Of a stretch of 64,000 nucleotides of DNA, positions 18,489 through 28,129 are shown in pieces; within the stretch, counting starts at the first letter, position 1, and every line of letters begins with the position of its first letter. A program made the position numbers and the translations under genes. The DNA is from an uncultured Candidatus Rokubacteria bacterium (GTDB lineage Bacteria; Methylomirabilota; Methylomirabilia; Rokubacteriales; CSP1-6): positions 1 to 64,000 of the forward strand of contig CAVWFS010000018.1 in the NCBI GenBank assembly GCA_963754315.1, given 5' to 3'. A model generated the notes under the pieces. The model did not search any database. It saw only the letters and a list, made by a program, of their open reading frames with translations, and had not been told where the DNA came from.

Positions 18489-19325
18489 GTGAGAGTCATT
18501 GCGCTGGGCACCGGCGGCCCGCGGCCGGATCCGGACCGGAACGCGTCGTGCACGGTCGTGGAGGTCGGCGGGGAATACCTCGTGTTCGACACCGGCCGCG
18601 GCATCGTGCGGAGCTTCGCTCGCAAAGCGATTGCGTTTGCCGACGTTGCCGCGCTGTTCATCACCCATCACCACTACGACCATATCGGTGAGCTGGCCGA
18701 CTTCATGATCTCCAGCTGGCTCGATGGCCGCCGCGTTCGCCTGCCCGTCTTCGGGCCCCCGGGTACCGCGCGGATCCATTCGCTGCTCCTCGAGCAGGTC
18801 TACGACCGCGATCTCGAGTTCCGGACGGGTGAGCACGCCGACGAGTTCGCGCACGGTGACGTGACCGAGGTGCGCGCCGGTCCGGTGCACGAGACTCCCG
18901 GGTGGCGCGTGTCGTGCGAGGAGATGCTGCACGGGCACGCACTGTTCGGGCCGGGCTTCCGCGCGCGCTGGATCTGTCTCGGCTACCGCATCGAGGCGCA
19001 AGGCCGGACCGTCTCGATCAGCGGTGACGGTGTGCGCAGCGATGCCCTCGTCCGGCTCGCCCGCGGCGCCGACCTGCACGTGCAGTGCTGCTACCTCCCG
19101 GCCGCTGCGCTCACGACTCCGGAGTTGAAGGGGCTTGCCGAGCACACGATCGCCTGTTCGGACACCGCGGGCAGGATCGCCGCCGAGGCGGGCGTGAAGC
19201 GGCTGGTCCTGACGCACTTCCGGTCCATGACGCCGGCGATGCTCGCAGAGCTTGAGCGCGACGTCCGGCGCGATTTCAACGGCCCGGTGGCGCTGGCCAG
19301 CGACCTGGACGAGTTCGTCGTCTGA
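18489..19325 (+). CDS. MBL-fold metallo-hydrolase (RNase Z/BN-like)
   Basis: LGTGGP, DTGRG, THHHYDHIG, GYRIE, SGDG, RLVLTHF. Confidence 0.9.
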   Translation: MRVIALGTGGPRPDPDRNASCTVVEVGGEYLVFDTGRGIVRSFARKAIAFADVAALFITHHHYDHIGELADFMISSWLDGRRVRLPVFGPPGTARIHSLLLEQVYDRDLEFRTGEHADEFAHGDVTEVRAGPVHETPGWRVSCEEMLHGHALFGPGFRARWICLGYRIEAQGRTVSISGDGVRSDALVRLARGADLHVQCCYLPAAALTTPELKGLAEHTIACSDTAGRIAAEAGVKRLVLTHFRSMTPAMLAELERDVRRDFNGPVALASDLDEFVV

Positions 19326-19326
19326 C

Positions 19327-19393
19327 ATGGTGGGGCTCCGGGCCCCCCATCCCCCCAGCGCTCGTCGCGCCCGGGAACCCGGGGGCGTCCTCA
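19327..19393 (+). repeat. Double-hairpin dispersed repeat, copy C (between convergent genes)
   Basis: atggtggggctccgggccccccatccccccagcgctcgtcgcgcccgggaacccgggggcgtcctca. Confidence 0.7.
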
Positions 19394-20218
19394 GCCCGGA
19401 TGGTTCCAGCCCCACCAGGCGCACACGGCCTCGCCCATGACGAGCTCCTTGTCCCGCCCTGACAACCAGGGTAGCTCCTCGGTGAACATCGTCACGCACT
19501 GCCGCCAGGAGCACGGCATCTTCGTGATGTCGGTTCCCCAGAACATGCGCGCCGGTCCGAACGCGTCGTAGATCTGCCGCAAGTATGGGTGCATGCTCCT
19601 GAACGGATACGGTCCGCTGCAGTAGCCCGGTGCGCCGGTCGCTTTGACCGCCACGTTGGGATGCCGGGCCAGCTTGATGAGCGCCGCCATGTGCTCCATG
19701 GCGGCGTCGTCCTTCAGGGTGGTGGTGCCGCCACGGCCGCCCAGATGGTCGATGGTCAGCCGCAGGCCCGGATGGCGCTCGGCGATCCGGCCGATATGCG
19801 GAAGCGAGTCCGTCGCCAGCATGGCGATCGGCACGCCGGCGCGCTCGGCGGCGGCCCATAACCAGTCGAGCGTCCCGTCGGCCAGCCAGCCCCGCATCGG
19901 CTCCTGAAGAAACCCATAGCGCAGGCCGAGCATGCCCGTCTGGTTCCGCCACGTTTCGACGAGGGCGCGCTTGTCCGGCTGGTTGAGTGGGAAGGCGCCG
20001 AGGATCGCGAAGCGGCCGGGAAAGTCCCGCACCGCCTTGAAGGCCATCTCGGTGGAGTTCGGATCCCAGCCCGGCGGGTGGATCACGGCGGCGTCGACGC
20101 CGCCCTCGTCCATCAGCCCACGGGCCTCCTCGGTCGTGAACGAGGTGACCTGGCGATGGGCCATGTTGCTGGGCAACCCGCTACCCCAGAGATGGATCTG
20201 AGCATCCACGATGCGCAT
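19391..20218 (-). CDS. Amidohydrolase_2 family protein
   Basis: IVDAQIHLW, LTIDHLG, PNVAVKATG, FGPARMFWGTD. Confidence 0.9.
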   Translation of the reverse strand: MRIVDAQIHLWGSGLPSNMAHRQVTSFTTEEARGLMDEGGVDAAVIHPPGWDPNSTEMAFKAVRDFPGRFAILGAFPLNQPDKRALVETWRNQTGMLGLRYGFLQEPMRGWLADGTLDWLWAAAERAGVPIAMLATDSLPHIGRIAERHPGLRLTIDHLGGRGGTTTLKDDAAMEHMAALIKLARHPNVAVKATGAPGYCSGPYPFRSMHPYLRQIYDAFGPARMFWGTDITKMPCSWRQCVTMFTEELPWLSGRDKELVMGEAVCAWWGWNHPG

Positions 20219-20233
20219 CGCGCGCCTCCTGTG

Positions 20234-21010
20234 TCATCGATTCTCCACGGCTGCCTGCACGCGCCGCCTGAAGTCCTCCGCGCCGAGACGCAAGAGTCCC
20301 AGCGACGAAATCGTGACGAAGTTCGCTCCCAGCCTGATGAACTCGGCGACACCCGCAGCATCGGCAGGGGAGTTGCCGCCCACCCCGACCAGTTTGCCGG
20401 CGGCCCTGATTCTGGGAACGACCTGACGCATGAGCTCGCGCACCACCGCCGCATCCGGATTGCCCATGCTCTGACCGAGATCGCCGGACGCGACGTGCAG
20501 CACATCGACCCCGGGCACCGCGAGAATCGCGTCCAGATTCTCGACGGCTTCGGTTTCTTCGATCATCGGAATGACCAGGAGCTGCGCGTTGATCCAGCGC
20601 GTGGACTGCTCCCGCGAGACCCCGACCCCGTAGTCGTGGGGGCGCCCACCGGCCACGCCTCGATGGCCATCCGGATGATATCGGGCCGCTCTGGCCACCG
20701 CCTCGGCCGCCTCTCGGGTATTGACGTGCGGCACGATGATGCCCTGCACCCCCCGATCCAGAAAACGCAAGATCGTGGAATCCTCGTGATCAGGGATGCG
20801 CACGATCGGGGTGATGCCGAACACCTCGGCGGCCCGCACCATGTGTTCCACCTCGTCCAGACTCATCGGGCCGTGCTCGCAGTCGATCATGACGAAGTCA
20901 TAGCCGATCAACCCGAACAGCTCCACCAGGTCTGGGGCATGGCGGCTGATGATGGCGCCGAACACGACCTTGCCCTCGGTCAGCTTCGCCTTTGTCGCAT
21001 TGGTACGCAT
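20234..21010 (-). CDS. HpcH/HpaI aldolase family protein
   Basis: GYDFVMIDCEHG, LDRGVQGIIVPHV, IPMIEETEAVENLDAILAVPGVD. Confidence 0.9.
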   Translation of the reverse strand: MRTNATKAKLTEGKVVFGAIISRHAPDLVELFGLIGYDFVMIDCEHGPMSLDEVEHMVRAAEVFGITPIVRIPDHEDSTILRFLDRGVQGIIVPHVNTREAAEAVARAARYHPDGHRGVAGGRPHDYGVGVSREQSTRWINAQLLVIPMIEETEAVENLDAILAVPGVDVLHVASGDLGQSMGNPDAAVVRELMRQVVPRIRAAGKLVGVGGNSPADAAGVAEFIRLGANFVTISSLGLLRLGAEDFRRRVQAAVENR

Positions 21011-21130
21011 GGTGCTCGCGTCCTCCATTCCGCCGCAGGACGGGCTATCTCGGCGGCAGGCAGTTGGGGGTCACACCGACCCAAGTTCCAGAGGAGGCTT
21101 GGCCAGCGCAATGGCCTTCGGATCGGCGTT

Positions 21131-21949
21131 CTACCGCTCCGCGCGGAGCCCGTCGCTGAAGAGTGAAGGAACGAACGTGTGGGGATCCGCCGGCTCGGTG
21201 AGGAGCGCTTGCTGCCGAGGGGTGAGCGGGACATCGGGTGGCGGAAGCACCCGCGCCCGGGACCAAGCCATCTGGGAGACGCAATACTTGTAGAGCAGAG
21301 TCCGGCGCTCGTGGTCGGCCGTCCACGGGGCTGTTCCGTGCATGATGGCCTCGGAGAACAGGACGACCGACCCCGCCGGTACGTCCGGAATGACCACGCA
21401 AGAGGCTTTTTCCGGGGCCTCGTGGATCTGGCGCGGCAGCTTGAAGTGACTCTTGTGACTCCCTGGAATGCACCAGAATCCCCCGGATGGCGGCCCGGCA
21501 TCGGCAAGATTCCAGGCCGCTACCGTGAACCCCTCGTAGATGCCGTTGCTGGCAAAATGAAAGCGCTCCCCCGGCTTGGTGAAGGAGTTGCGGGCCGAGG
21601 CGCCGTAGTCCGCGTGCATGGCCCCCATGGTCTGCCCCTTGTGCATGCGGATCCCGTAAAGACGGTCCAGCCGGAAGCAGTCCCCGAGCCGAAAGCGAAG
21701 AACTGGCATGATCGCCTCATGATCCAGCAAGCGACAGAACGGTTCCCCCCAGTTGAGGAAGCCATGATCCGGACCGTGCACGCCAGCGGCGGAGCCAAAG
21801 CGAATACTTTCGCGAGGGCTGGGGAGCCGCTGCCCATCGATCAATCGATTCAGCTCGGCCAGCTCCGACGCACCTAGGACGTTGTGGATCACCAGATAGC
21901 CCTGAAGATCGAAAAGGTACTGTTGCAGCTCCCGGTCCGAAGCGTCCAC
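21131..21949 (-). CDS. Phytanoyl-CoA dioxygenase (PhyH) family Fe(II)/2OG dioxygenase
   Basis: YLFDLQGYLVI, MHADY (HxD), IPGSHKS, HGTAPW...RRTLLYKY. Confidence 0.88.
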   Translation of the reverse strand: MDASDRELQQYLFDLQGYLVIHNVLGASELAELNRLIDGQRLPSPRESIRFGSAAGVHGPDHGFLNWGEPFCRLLDHEAIMPVLRFRLGDCFRLDRLYGIRMHKGQTMGAMHADYGASARNSFTKPGERFHFASNGIYEGFTVAAWNLADAGPPSGGFWCIPGSHKSHFKLPRQIHEAPEKASCVVIPDVPAGSVVLFSEAIMHGTAPWTADHERRTLLYKYCVSQMAWSRARVLPPPDVPLTPRQQALLTEPADPHTFVPSLFSDGLRAER

Positions 21950-22321
21950 GGTCAAACCCTCCTTGCATGTCAACGCTAGCATGCCTGCGCTGGCGCTGCT
22001 GCGCTCTCATCCATGCTCTCGGACGCGGTCGCTGACGAGCTGCTCGAGGCCCAATCCTGCCTCCAGGTCGGCGCAAGAAACGCCGCGGGGATAGCCCTTC
22101 TGGTCGGCCTCGTCCTCGGGGTAAGCTACTGGGTGCTTGACCAGATTTGCCCGGGATCGTTCGCCATCGCGTGCCTGTGCGTCGGGCGGATGATTCGACT
22201 CGGCGCTGCGGGCCGGCTGGGCCGCGGCCATGACGTGCGCTCATCGTCCCTGCACCCGGCGTCGCCGCAGTCGGCACGCGCGGAATCATCTGGCAACAAT
22301 TCTCACTCATCGGAGGCGCAC

Positions 22322-23191
22322 ATGAGGCACATGGTCGCTCTGCTCCTGACCGTCACGGTGGCCGTGGGTTGGGCCCCTGCAGTCACAGCCACAGGCTCCG
22401 TGACCGAGACGACGCTCGAAAAGATCAGGCGGACCGGTGTCCTGGTCATCGGGACCAGGACCAGTTCGGCGCCCCTGGCGTACATCAACAGGAGCAACGA
22501 GTGGGTCGGCTTCTCGATCGATCTCGTGGAGCAGGGAGTGCTCCCGGCGGTCACCAGAAAGGTCGGCAAGCCAGTCAAGCTGGAGAAAAAGGAATCGAGG
22601 CCAGCCACCCGGGTCAGTCTCCTCCTCACGCGCAATGTTGATCTGATCGCGGGGACGATGACCGATGCTCCCCAGCGCCGAGCCGATGTCGACTTCAGCC
22701 TGACCTTCTTCGTGACGGGGGGCCAGTTCCTGGTGAAAGAGGGGAGTCCCATCAAGGGCATCAATGACCTTGCGGGCAAGCGTGTGGCCGCCCTGGTGCA
22801 CTCGACCTACGCCAGGATCATTCGCGAGCAGGTGCCCAAGGCGATCCTGGTCGAGTTCGAAGATCAGCCCGGCGCCTTCCGGGCGCTCGTGCAGGGAAAG
22901 GTCGATGCGTACACCAGCGACGGCGTGCAGCTCTACGGTCTCAAGTACACGGCGCCAGACCTGAACGCCTACGAAGTCGTGGGAGGCCTCTACACCAAGG
23001 AGCCCTACGCCATGGCCATGCGCAAGGGCGACCACGCGTTTAGGAACGTGGTGGACAGCGGCCTGCGAAACCTCCTCGAGTCCGGCAAGTACTTCGAGCT
23101 CTACGAGAAGTGGCTCGGGCCGAAGAGTGAGGCGCCCTATCCGTTGACGCCCGAGGCGAAGGAGTTCCTGATGGCCCAGCTGAAGAAGTAG
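22322..23191 (+). CDS. Polar amino acid ABC transporter substrate-binding protein (GltI-like), orphan
   Basis: Signal peptide; TLEKIRRTG, GFSIDL, VDFSLTFF, DAYTSD, EPYAMAMRKGD. Confidence 0.88.
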   Translation: MRHMVALLLTVTVAVGWAPAVTATGSVTETTLEKIRRTGVLVIGTRTSSAPLAYINRSNEWVGFSIDLVEQGVLPAVTRKVGKPVKLEKKESRPATRVSLLLTRNVDLIAGTMTDAPQRRADVDFSLTFFVTGGQFLVKEGSPIKGINDLAGKRVAALVHSTYARIIREQVPKAILVEFEDQPGAFRALVQGKVDAYTSDGVQLYGLKYTAPDLNAYEVVGGLYTKEPYAMAMRKGDHAFRNVVDSGLRNLLESGKYFELYEKWLGPKSEAPYPLTPEAKEFLMAQLKK

Positions 23192-23459
23192 CGGAGGAAG
23201 AGTCGGATGCGCTCGGGATGAATGCGCGAGGGAATGGAGGGTCGGGACCCTGTCCTTCGCCGTGGGACATGTCCTCGCGAGAGATCCTACCCACAAGCCG
23301 ATCCGCCTTGGTCGCAATCGCCGCCCGGACCGCGCTACACTGCGACATTCTGCGGGCCTCGGAGCTACGTCGACCGAGCTAGCGCGAGCCCGAATTGTAG
23401 TTCGCCAGAGCAGGAAGCGCCAGAACTGCGTTACGCTTGAAGCGGAGGCAGGAAGACGC

Positions 23460-23675
23460 ATGCGAAACGAGTTCACCGGGGTAGTAGAGCGGGACAGACG
23501 CTGGTACATCGCCTACTGTCCGGAAATTCCCGGCGCGAATGGCCAGGGTAAGACGAAGGCAGCCGCGCTGAAGAGCCTGAGCGGAGCCATCGCCCTGATT
23601 CTTGAGGATAGGCGCAAAGACGGCCTGCGCGGAACCCCCAGGACGGCGACCCGAGAAAAGATCGTCGTCGGGTGA
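23460..23675 (+). CDS. hicB: HicB family antitoxin (short form)
   Basis: MRNEFTGVVERDRRWYIAYCPEIPGANGQGKT...LSGAIALIL. Confidence 0.9.
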   Translation: MRNEFTGVVERDRRWYIAYCPEIPGANGQGKTKAAALKSLSGAIALILEDRRKDGLRGTPRTATREKIVVG

Positions 23676-23794
23676 AGCGGGGCGACCTGCTTCGTCACTT
23701 GAGAAAGCACGGGTGTCATCTGAAACGCGAAGGCCGGGCGCATTCTCTTTGGACCAATCCCACGACGGGAGCTGTCGAGGCGGTGCCGTTGTAG
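23672..23794 (+). pseudogene. hicA: HicA family toxin, C-terminally truncated (40 aa)
   Basis: GTGA overlap with hicB; MKRGDLLRHLRKHGCHLKREGRAHSLWTNPTTGAVEAVPL-stop; lacks the usual PRHxEI and final helix. Confidence 0.8.
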
Positions 23795-23833
23795 GCCACC
23801 TCGCCCAATGTCTACGGCCGCGCAGGAGAACAG

Positions 23834-25249
23834 ATGATGGACGACTCTTCCTCGACGAATCGCCGGCTGGCCGCCATTCTTGCCGCCGATATCTCGGGCT
23901 ACAGCCGCCTGATGGGCGAGAACGAGGCCGCGACGGTCCGCGACCTCAAGGCGCACCAAGCGGTGGTCCTGCCGCTGGTTGGCCGCTACGGTGGCCGCAT
24001 CATCGATACGGCGGGCGACGGCATCCTGGCCGAATTCCCGAGCGTGATCAATGCGACCGAGTGCGCGGTCGAGATGCAGACCATCATGGCGACACGCAAC
24101 GAGGCGGTGCCCGAGTCGCGCCGCATGCGGTTCCGTATCGGCATCAACCTGGGTGACGTCATCCACGATGAGACTCGGATCTATGGCGACGGCATCAACG
24201 TCGCGGCGCGGCTCGAAGGGATCGCGGAGCCCGGCGGCATCTGCATCTCCCGTCAGGTGTTCGACCAGGTGAGCCGCTCAATCAAGGCGGACTTCCAGGC
24301 GCTCGGCCCGCGCACCTTGAAGAACATCGCGCAGCCGGTAGACGTCTTCGCGATCGCGCCCGTGGATCGCGGCGCCGGGCCAGGCGTGACCGCCCCCAAC
24401 GCCGTCGACCTGAAGCAGGAGATCCGGTTCTGCGCCGCGCCCGACGGGGTCCAGCTCGCCTACTCGATGATCGGCCAGGGGCCGCCCTTGATGAAGACGG
24501 GCAACTGGATGACCCATCTGGAATTCGATCTCGAGAGCCCGATCTGGCGGCATCTCTATCGGGAGCTTGCGAAGGACCACACGCTGGTTCGCTACGACCC
24601 CCGCGGCAACGGGCTGTCGGACCGGACCGTCGACGAGATCTCGTTTGACGCCTTCGTGGGTGATCTGGAGGCGGTGGCCGACGCCGCGAAGGTCACGCGG
24701 TTCGCGCTGCTCGGGATCTCCCAGGGCTGCGCGGTCTCGATCGCCTACGCGGTGCGCCATCCCGAACGGGTGTCGCATCTCATCCTCTACGGCGGCTTCG
24801 CGGTGGGCCGGAACAAGCGCGCCCGCAGCGCAGACGAAAAGGAGGAGGAGGCCGCCATGCTGACGCTGATGCGCGTGGGCTGGGGCAAGGAGAACCCGGC
24901 CTTCCGCCAGCTGTTCACCTCCCAGTTCATCCCCGGCGGCACCAAGGAACAGGCCGACTGGTTCAATGAGCTGCAGCGCATCACGGTATCGCGGGAGGTG
25001 GCCGCCCGGATCTACGAGGCAAACGGCGAGACCGATGTCACCGCGCTGCTCCCGCGGGTGAGGGTGCCGACGCTCGTGCTGCACACGCGCGATGATGCCC
25101 GTGTCCCGTTCGAAGCCGGGCGCCGCATGGCGGCCGGAATTCCGGGCGCCCGCTTCGTGACCTTGCCGGGGCGCAACCACCTGTTCCTCGAAACCGAGCC
25201 GGCTTTTGGCCAGTTCCTGGAGCACACGCGGGCGTTCCTCGCCACCTAA
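23834..25249 (+). CDS. Class III adenylate/guanylate cyclase + alpha/beta hydrolase fusion
   Basis: RRLAAILAADISGYSRLM, TAGDG, FRIGINLGDV, YGDGINVAARLE; then YDPRGNGLSD, LGISQG, GRNHL. Confidence 0.92.
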   Translation: MMDDSSSTNRRLAAILAADISGYSRLMGENEAATVRDLKAHQAVVLPLVGRYGGRIIDTAGDGILAEFPSVINATECAVEMQTIMATRNEAVPESRRMRFRIGINLGDVIHDETRIYGDGINVAARLEGIAEPGGICISRQVFDQVSRSIKADFQALGPRTLKNIAQPVDVFAIAPVDRGAGPGVTAPNAVDLKQEIRFCAAPDGVQLAYSMIGQGPPLMKTGNWMTHLEFDLESPIWRHLYRELAKDHTLVRYDPRGNGLSDRTVDEISFDAFVGDLEAVADAAKVTRFALLGISQGCAVSIAYAVRHPERVSHLILYGGFAVGRNKRARSADEKEEEAAMLTLMRVGWGKENPAFRQLFTSQFIPGGTKEQADWFNELQRITVSREVAARIYEANGETDVTALLPRVRVPTLVLHTRDDARVPFEAGRRMAAGIPGARFVTLPGRNHLFLETEPAFGQFLEHTRAFLAT

Positions 25250-25375
25250 GCGGCCGAGTATCCCGCCGAACAAGCGACGATGGAGTAGACCCTAGAGGAC
25301 GCAGGGCTTTGAGATATGGCGACGGACAGGCCTGCGATTTGCGCACGAGCGACGGGGCGAGTATAGAGGAGTCTC

Positions 25376-26761
25376 ATGGCCACCTTCGCGCTCGACCATC
25401 CGGATGTCCGATCCAACGTCGATCTGTTGAGCGCCTGGATCGAGGGGCAGCTCGCCTATCGCGGGTGGCCCGGACTTTCGATCGCCGTCGTCCACGAGCG
25501 CGACGTCGTGTGGTCGCGGGGATTCGGCTGGGCCGACGTCGCTGGGAAGGTCGAAGCCACGGCGGAGACGCTGTACCGGGTGGCCTCGATCACGAAGACG
25601 TTCACCGCCACCGCGATCCTGCAGCTCCGGGACGCGGGCAAGCTCCGCCTCGACGACGAGGTGCGCCACCATCTGCCGTGGTTCACGCCGCCCACGTCGT
25701 ACACGGACGCTCCGCCCATCACGCTCCGCCATATCCTCACACACACGACTGGCCTCGCGCGTGAGGCGCCGTTTCCGTACTGGACCGATCTCGAGTTCCC
25801 GGCGATCGACGCGATCCGCGCCGCCGTACCCGCGCAGGCGTCCGTGCTCGCGACGGAGGATCGCTGGAAGTACTCCAACCTCGCGTTCGTCGTCGCGGGC
25901 GAGGTGGTGTCGGCGGTCAGTGGGATGCCGTGGGCAGCGTACGTCCGCTCGCACATCCTCGATCCGCTCGGCATGCGGACCTCGCTGGTCGAACATCCAG
26001 CGCTCTCGCACCCCGGGCTCGCGCGCGGCTACACGCGGCGCCTGCCGAGCGGCGAGCGGAGCCCGGTCGGTGCGTACGATCTGCGCGGCGTCTCGGCCGC
26101 GGCCGCGCTGACGACGAGCGTGACCGATCTCGCGCGCTTCGCGATGCTGCAGTTCCACCAGGGCCCTGCGGACGGCGATGGGATCCTCCGCGGCAGCACC
26201 CTGAGGGAGATGCAGCGTGTGCAGTGGCTCGAGCCGGAATGGCAGGCCGGCTGGGGGCTCGGCTTTCATATGTACCGTCTGGGGCAGCGCACGCTGGTGG
26301 GCCACGGCGGGTCGTTGCGTGGGTATCGCTCCGAGATCCGGTTCTGTCCGGCCGAGCGCGTCGCCGTCATCGTGCTCATCAACGCCGACGACGGTGAGCC
26401 CCAGCTCGTCGTGAACAAGACCTTCGAGTGGGTCGGGAGCGCGATCACGCGCGCCACGATGCCGCCGCCGCCGACGGCCGATCCCGCGTGGCAGCGCTAT
26501 GTGGGGCGCTATCGCAACGCCTGGGGCGACCTTCAGGTCCTCGTCGTGGGGGGCCGCCTCACAATGATCGGTCCCGCGCTGCTTGATCCCATGCCCGTGC
26601 ACGCGACGCTGACGCCGATCGGCGCCCACACGTTCCGCCTGGAGAGCAAGGACGGGTACTCGAGCCACGGCGAGCCGGTGGTGTTCGAGATCGACGGCGC
26701 CGGGAAGGTCGCGCGGGTCACGATCGGTCCGAACGGGTCGCTTCCGGTGGAGGCGTGGTGA
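25376..26761 (+). CDS. Serine hydrolase, beta-lactamase/PBP family
   Basis: RVASITK (SxxK), LTHTTG, KYSN, GHGG. Confidence 0.9.
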   Translation: MATFALDHPDVRSNVDLLSAWIEGQLAYRGWPGLSIAVVHERDVVWSRGFGWADVAGKVEATAETLYRVASITKTFTATAILQLRDAGKLRLDDEVRHHLPWFTPPTSYTDAPPITLRHILTHTTGLAREAPFPYWTDLEFPAIDAIRAAVPAQASVLATEDRWKYSNLAFVVAGEVVSAVSGMPWAAYVRSHILDPLGMRTSLVEHPALSHPGLARGYTRRLPSGERSPVGAYDLRGVSAAAALTTSVTDLARFAMLQFHQGPADGDGILRGSTLREMQRVQWLEPEWQAGWGLGFHMYRLGQRTLVGHGGSLRGYRSEIRFCPAERVAVIVLINADDGEPQLVVNKTFEWVGSAITRATMPPPPTADPAWQRYVGRYRNAWGDLQVLVVGGRLTMIGPALLDPMPVHATLTPIGAHTFRLESKDGYSSHGEPVVFEIDGAGKVARVTIGPNGSLPVEAW

Positions 26762-26800
26762 ATCAGCGGCCTTCGCCGACGAGGCCGGCAGACCGAGGGA

Positions 26801-28093
26801 TCAGTCCAGCCTCTTGAAGTACCTCAGCGCGCGCGGCATCGCCTGGATCCAACTGTTGACGTGATCGAAGCCCGGCAGCGTCTTGACGGTAATGTCAGCG
26901 CCTCGATTCCGCAGCCTGTTCACGGACACGAGCGCGTCGTCGAAGAAGACCTCCTCGTCGTCGGGGCTGTGATAGACGCGGATCGGCGCCGCGGGGCGCC
27001 ACTGGTCGACGGCGTTCTGGCGCAGACGGACGCGGAGGGGGTTGTTCGGGTTGTTGCTCACGTTCGCGTAGTACGACGGCCTGAGGAGGTCGCGCGAGGT
27101 CGGCGGCAGGCCCGCGAGGACGTCGTCGAAGAAGTGCTGCATATCGAACAGGCCGGGCACCGTGGGGGCATACGGCTGCCTGAAGACGTCGGAGGCGTGG
27201 CCGTACACGTTGTAGATGTCGTCGTAGGCCAGGAGCATGTACGAGACGTAGAGCGGGAGCGTCACCGTCGTCGTGTCGGCGATCGACGAGAGGAAGAAGC
27301 GCTCGACGTCGAAGACTCCCCCGACCGTGGCCGTGGCGGTCACGTTGACATGTTCATGTTGTAATTCGCGATGAAGAGCGAGCGCCGCGTGAGCTCCCTG
27401 CGAGAAGCCGAACATGAAGAGCTCGTCGTCCCGCTGCACGTGCAGGCTCGTCAGCACGTGGCGCGAGGCTGCGAGCAAGTCGACCGCGGACGAGGCCTCC
27501 GTGGCGGCGTGGAAGTAGCGATGGCGCGGCACGGTCGAGTCACCGAGGCCGAGGTAGTCCGGAGCGATATAGATGAAGCCGCCGCCCGCGAAGATGGAGC
27601 TCGACGGCGGTCCGTCGAAGCTCTCGCCGTTCTCGTTGAACTCGCCGAAGATGTTCGGGTTCGAAGGCGCGTCATAGAAGGAGACCGACGTGCCGTGCAG
27701 GTACACGACGGTGGAGAGCCGTCCGGAGCGGCGCGGTAGGGAGATGTTCCCCGTGGCGATCGTGGGCGGAGCGGTCGCGTGACCCGGAAGCACCGCATCG
27801 ACGGTGCAATACATCACCTTGTACGTGTCGAAGCCGTAGTCGATGCTGACGGGGAGGCTGGGAGGGAACCCATAGAAGTCGCGGTAGAAGTCGATCCACG
27901 AGTCGAAGTACGCGCGGGCGTCGGCGGCCGTCGGATGCGACGCGACTCGCTCGAAGCGGAGCAGGCGGCCGCGGTCACCGGTCCTGCACTGGCTCGAGTC
28001 ACCGCCGAGCGTGGGGGTCGGCACCCATACGCTGACGAAGCCGAACGTCAGAAGCGCCACCCAGCCCTGCGACAGTCGCGGAAGTAGACTCAT
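26801..28093 (-). CDS. Secreted alpha/beta hydrolase (lipase-like)
   Basis: Signal peptide; YLHGT, APDYLGLG, GFSQG nucleophile, DEEV, DH. Confidence 0.85.
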   Translation of the reverse strand: MSLLPRLSQGWVALLTFGFVSVWVPTPTLGGDSSQCRTGDRGRLLRFERVASHPTAADARAYFDSWIDFYRDFYGFPPSLPVSIDYGFDTYKVMYCTVDAVLPGHATAPPTIATGNISLPRRSGRLSTVVYLHGTSVSFYDAPSNPNIFGEFNENGESFDGPPSSSIFAGGGFIYIAPDYLGLGDSTVPRHRYFHAATEASSAVDLLAASRHVLTSLHVQRDDELFMFGFSQGAHAALALHRELQHEHVNVTATATVGGVFDVERFFLSSIADTTTVTLPLYVSYMLLAYDDIYNVYGHASDVFRQPYAPTVPGLFDMQHFFDDVLAGLPPTSRDLLRPSYYANVSNNPNNPLRVRLRQNAVDQWRPAAPIRVYHSPDDEEVFFDDALVSVNRLRNRGADITVKTLPGFDHVNSWIQAMPRALRYFKRLD

Positions 28094-28129
28094 GGGTATT
28101 TCTCCTTCGCCACAACCTCATCGGTTCAT

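Noticed and set aside
25376..26761. Beta-lactam resistance gene
   Set aside because: SxxK/YxN serine hydrolase without a signal peptide; this broad family is mostly esterases and peptidases.
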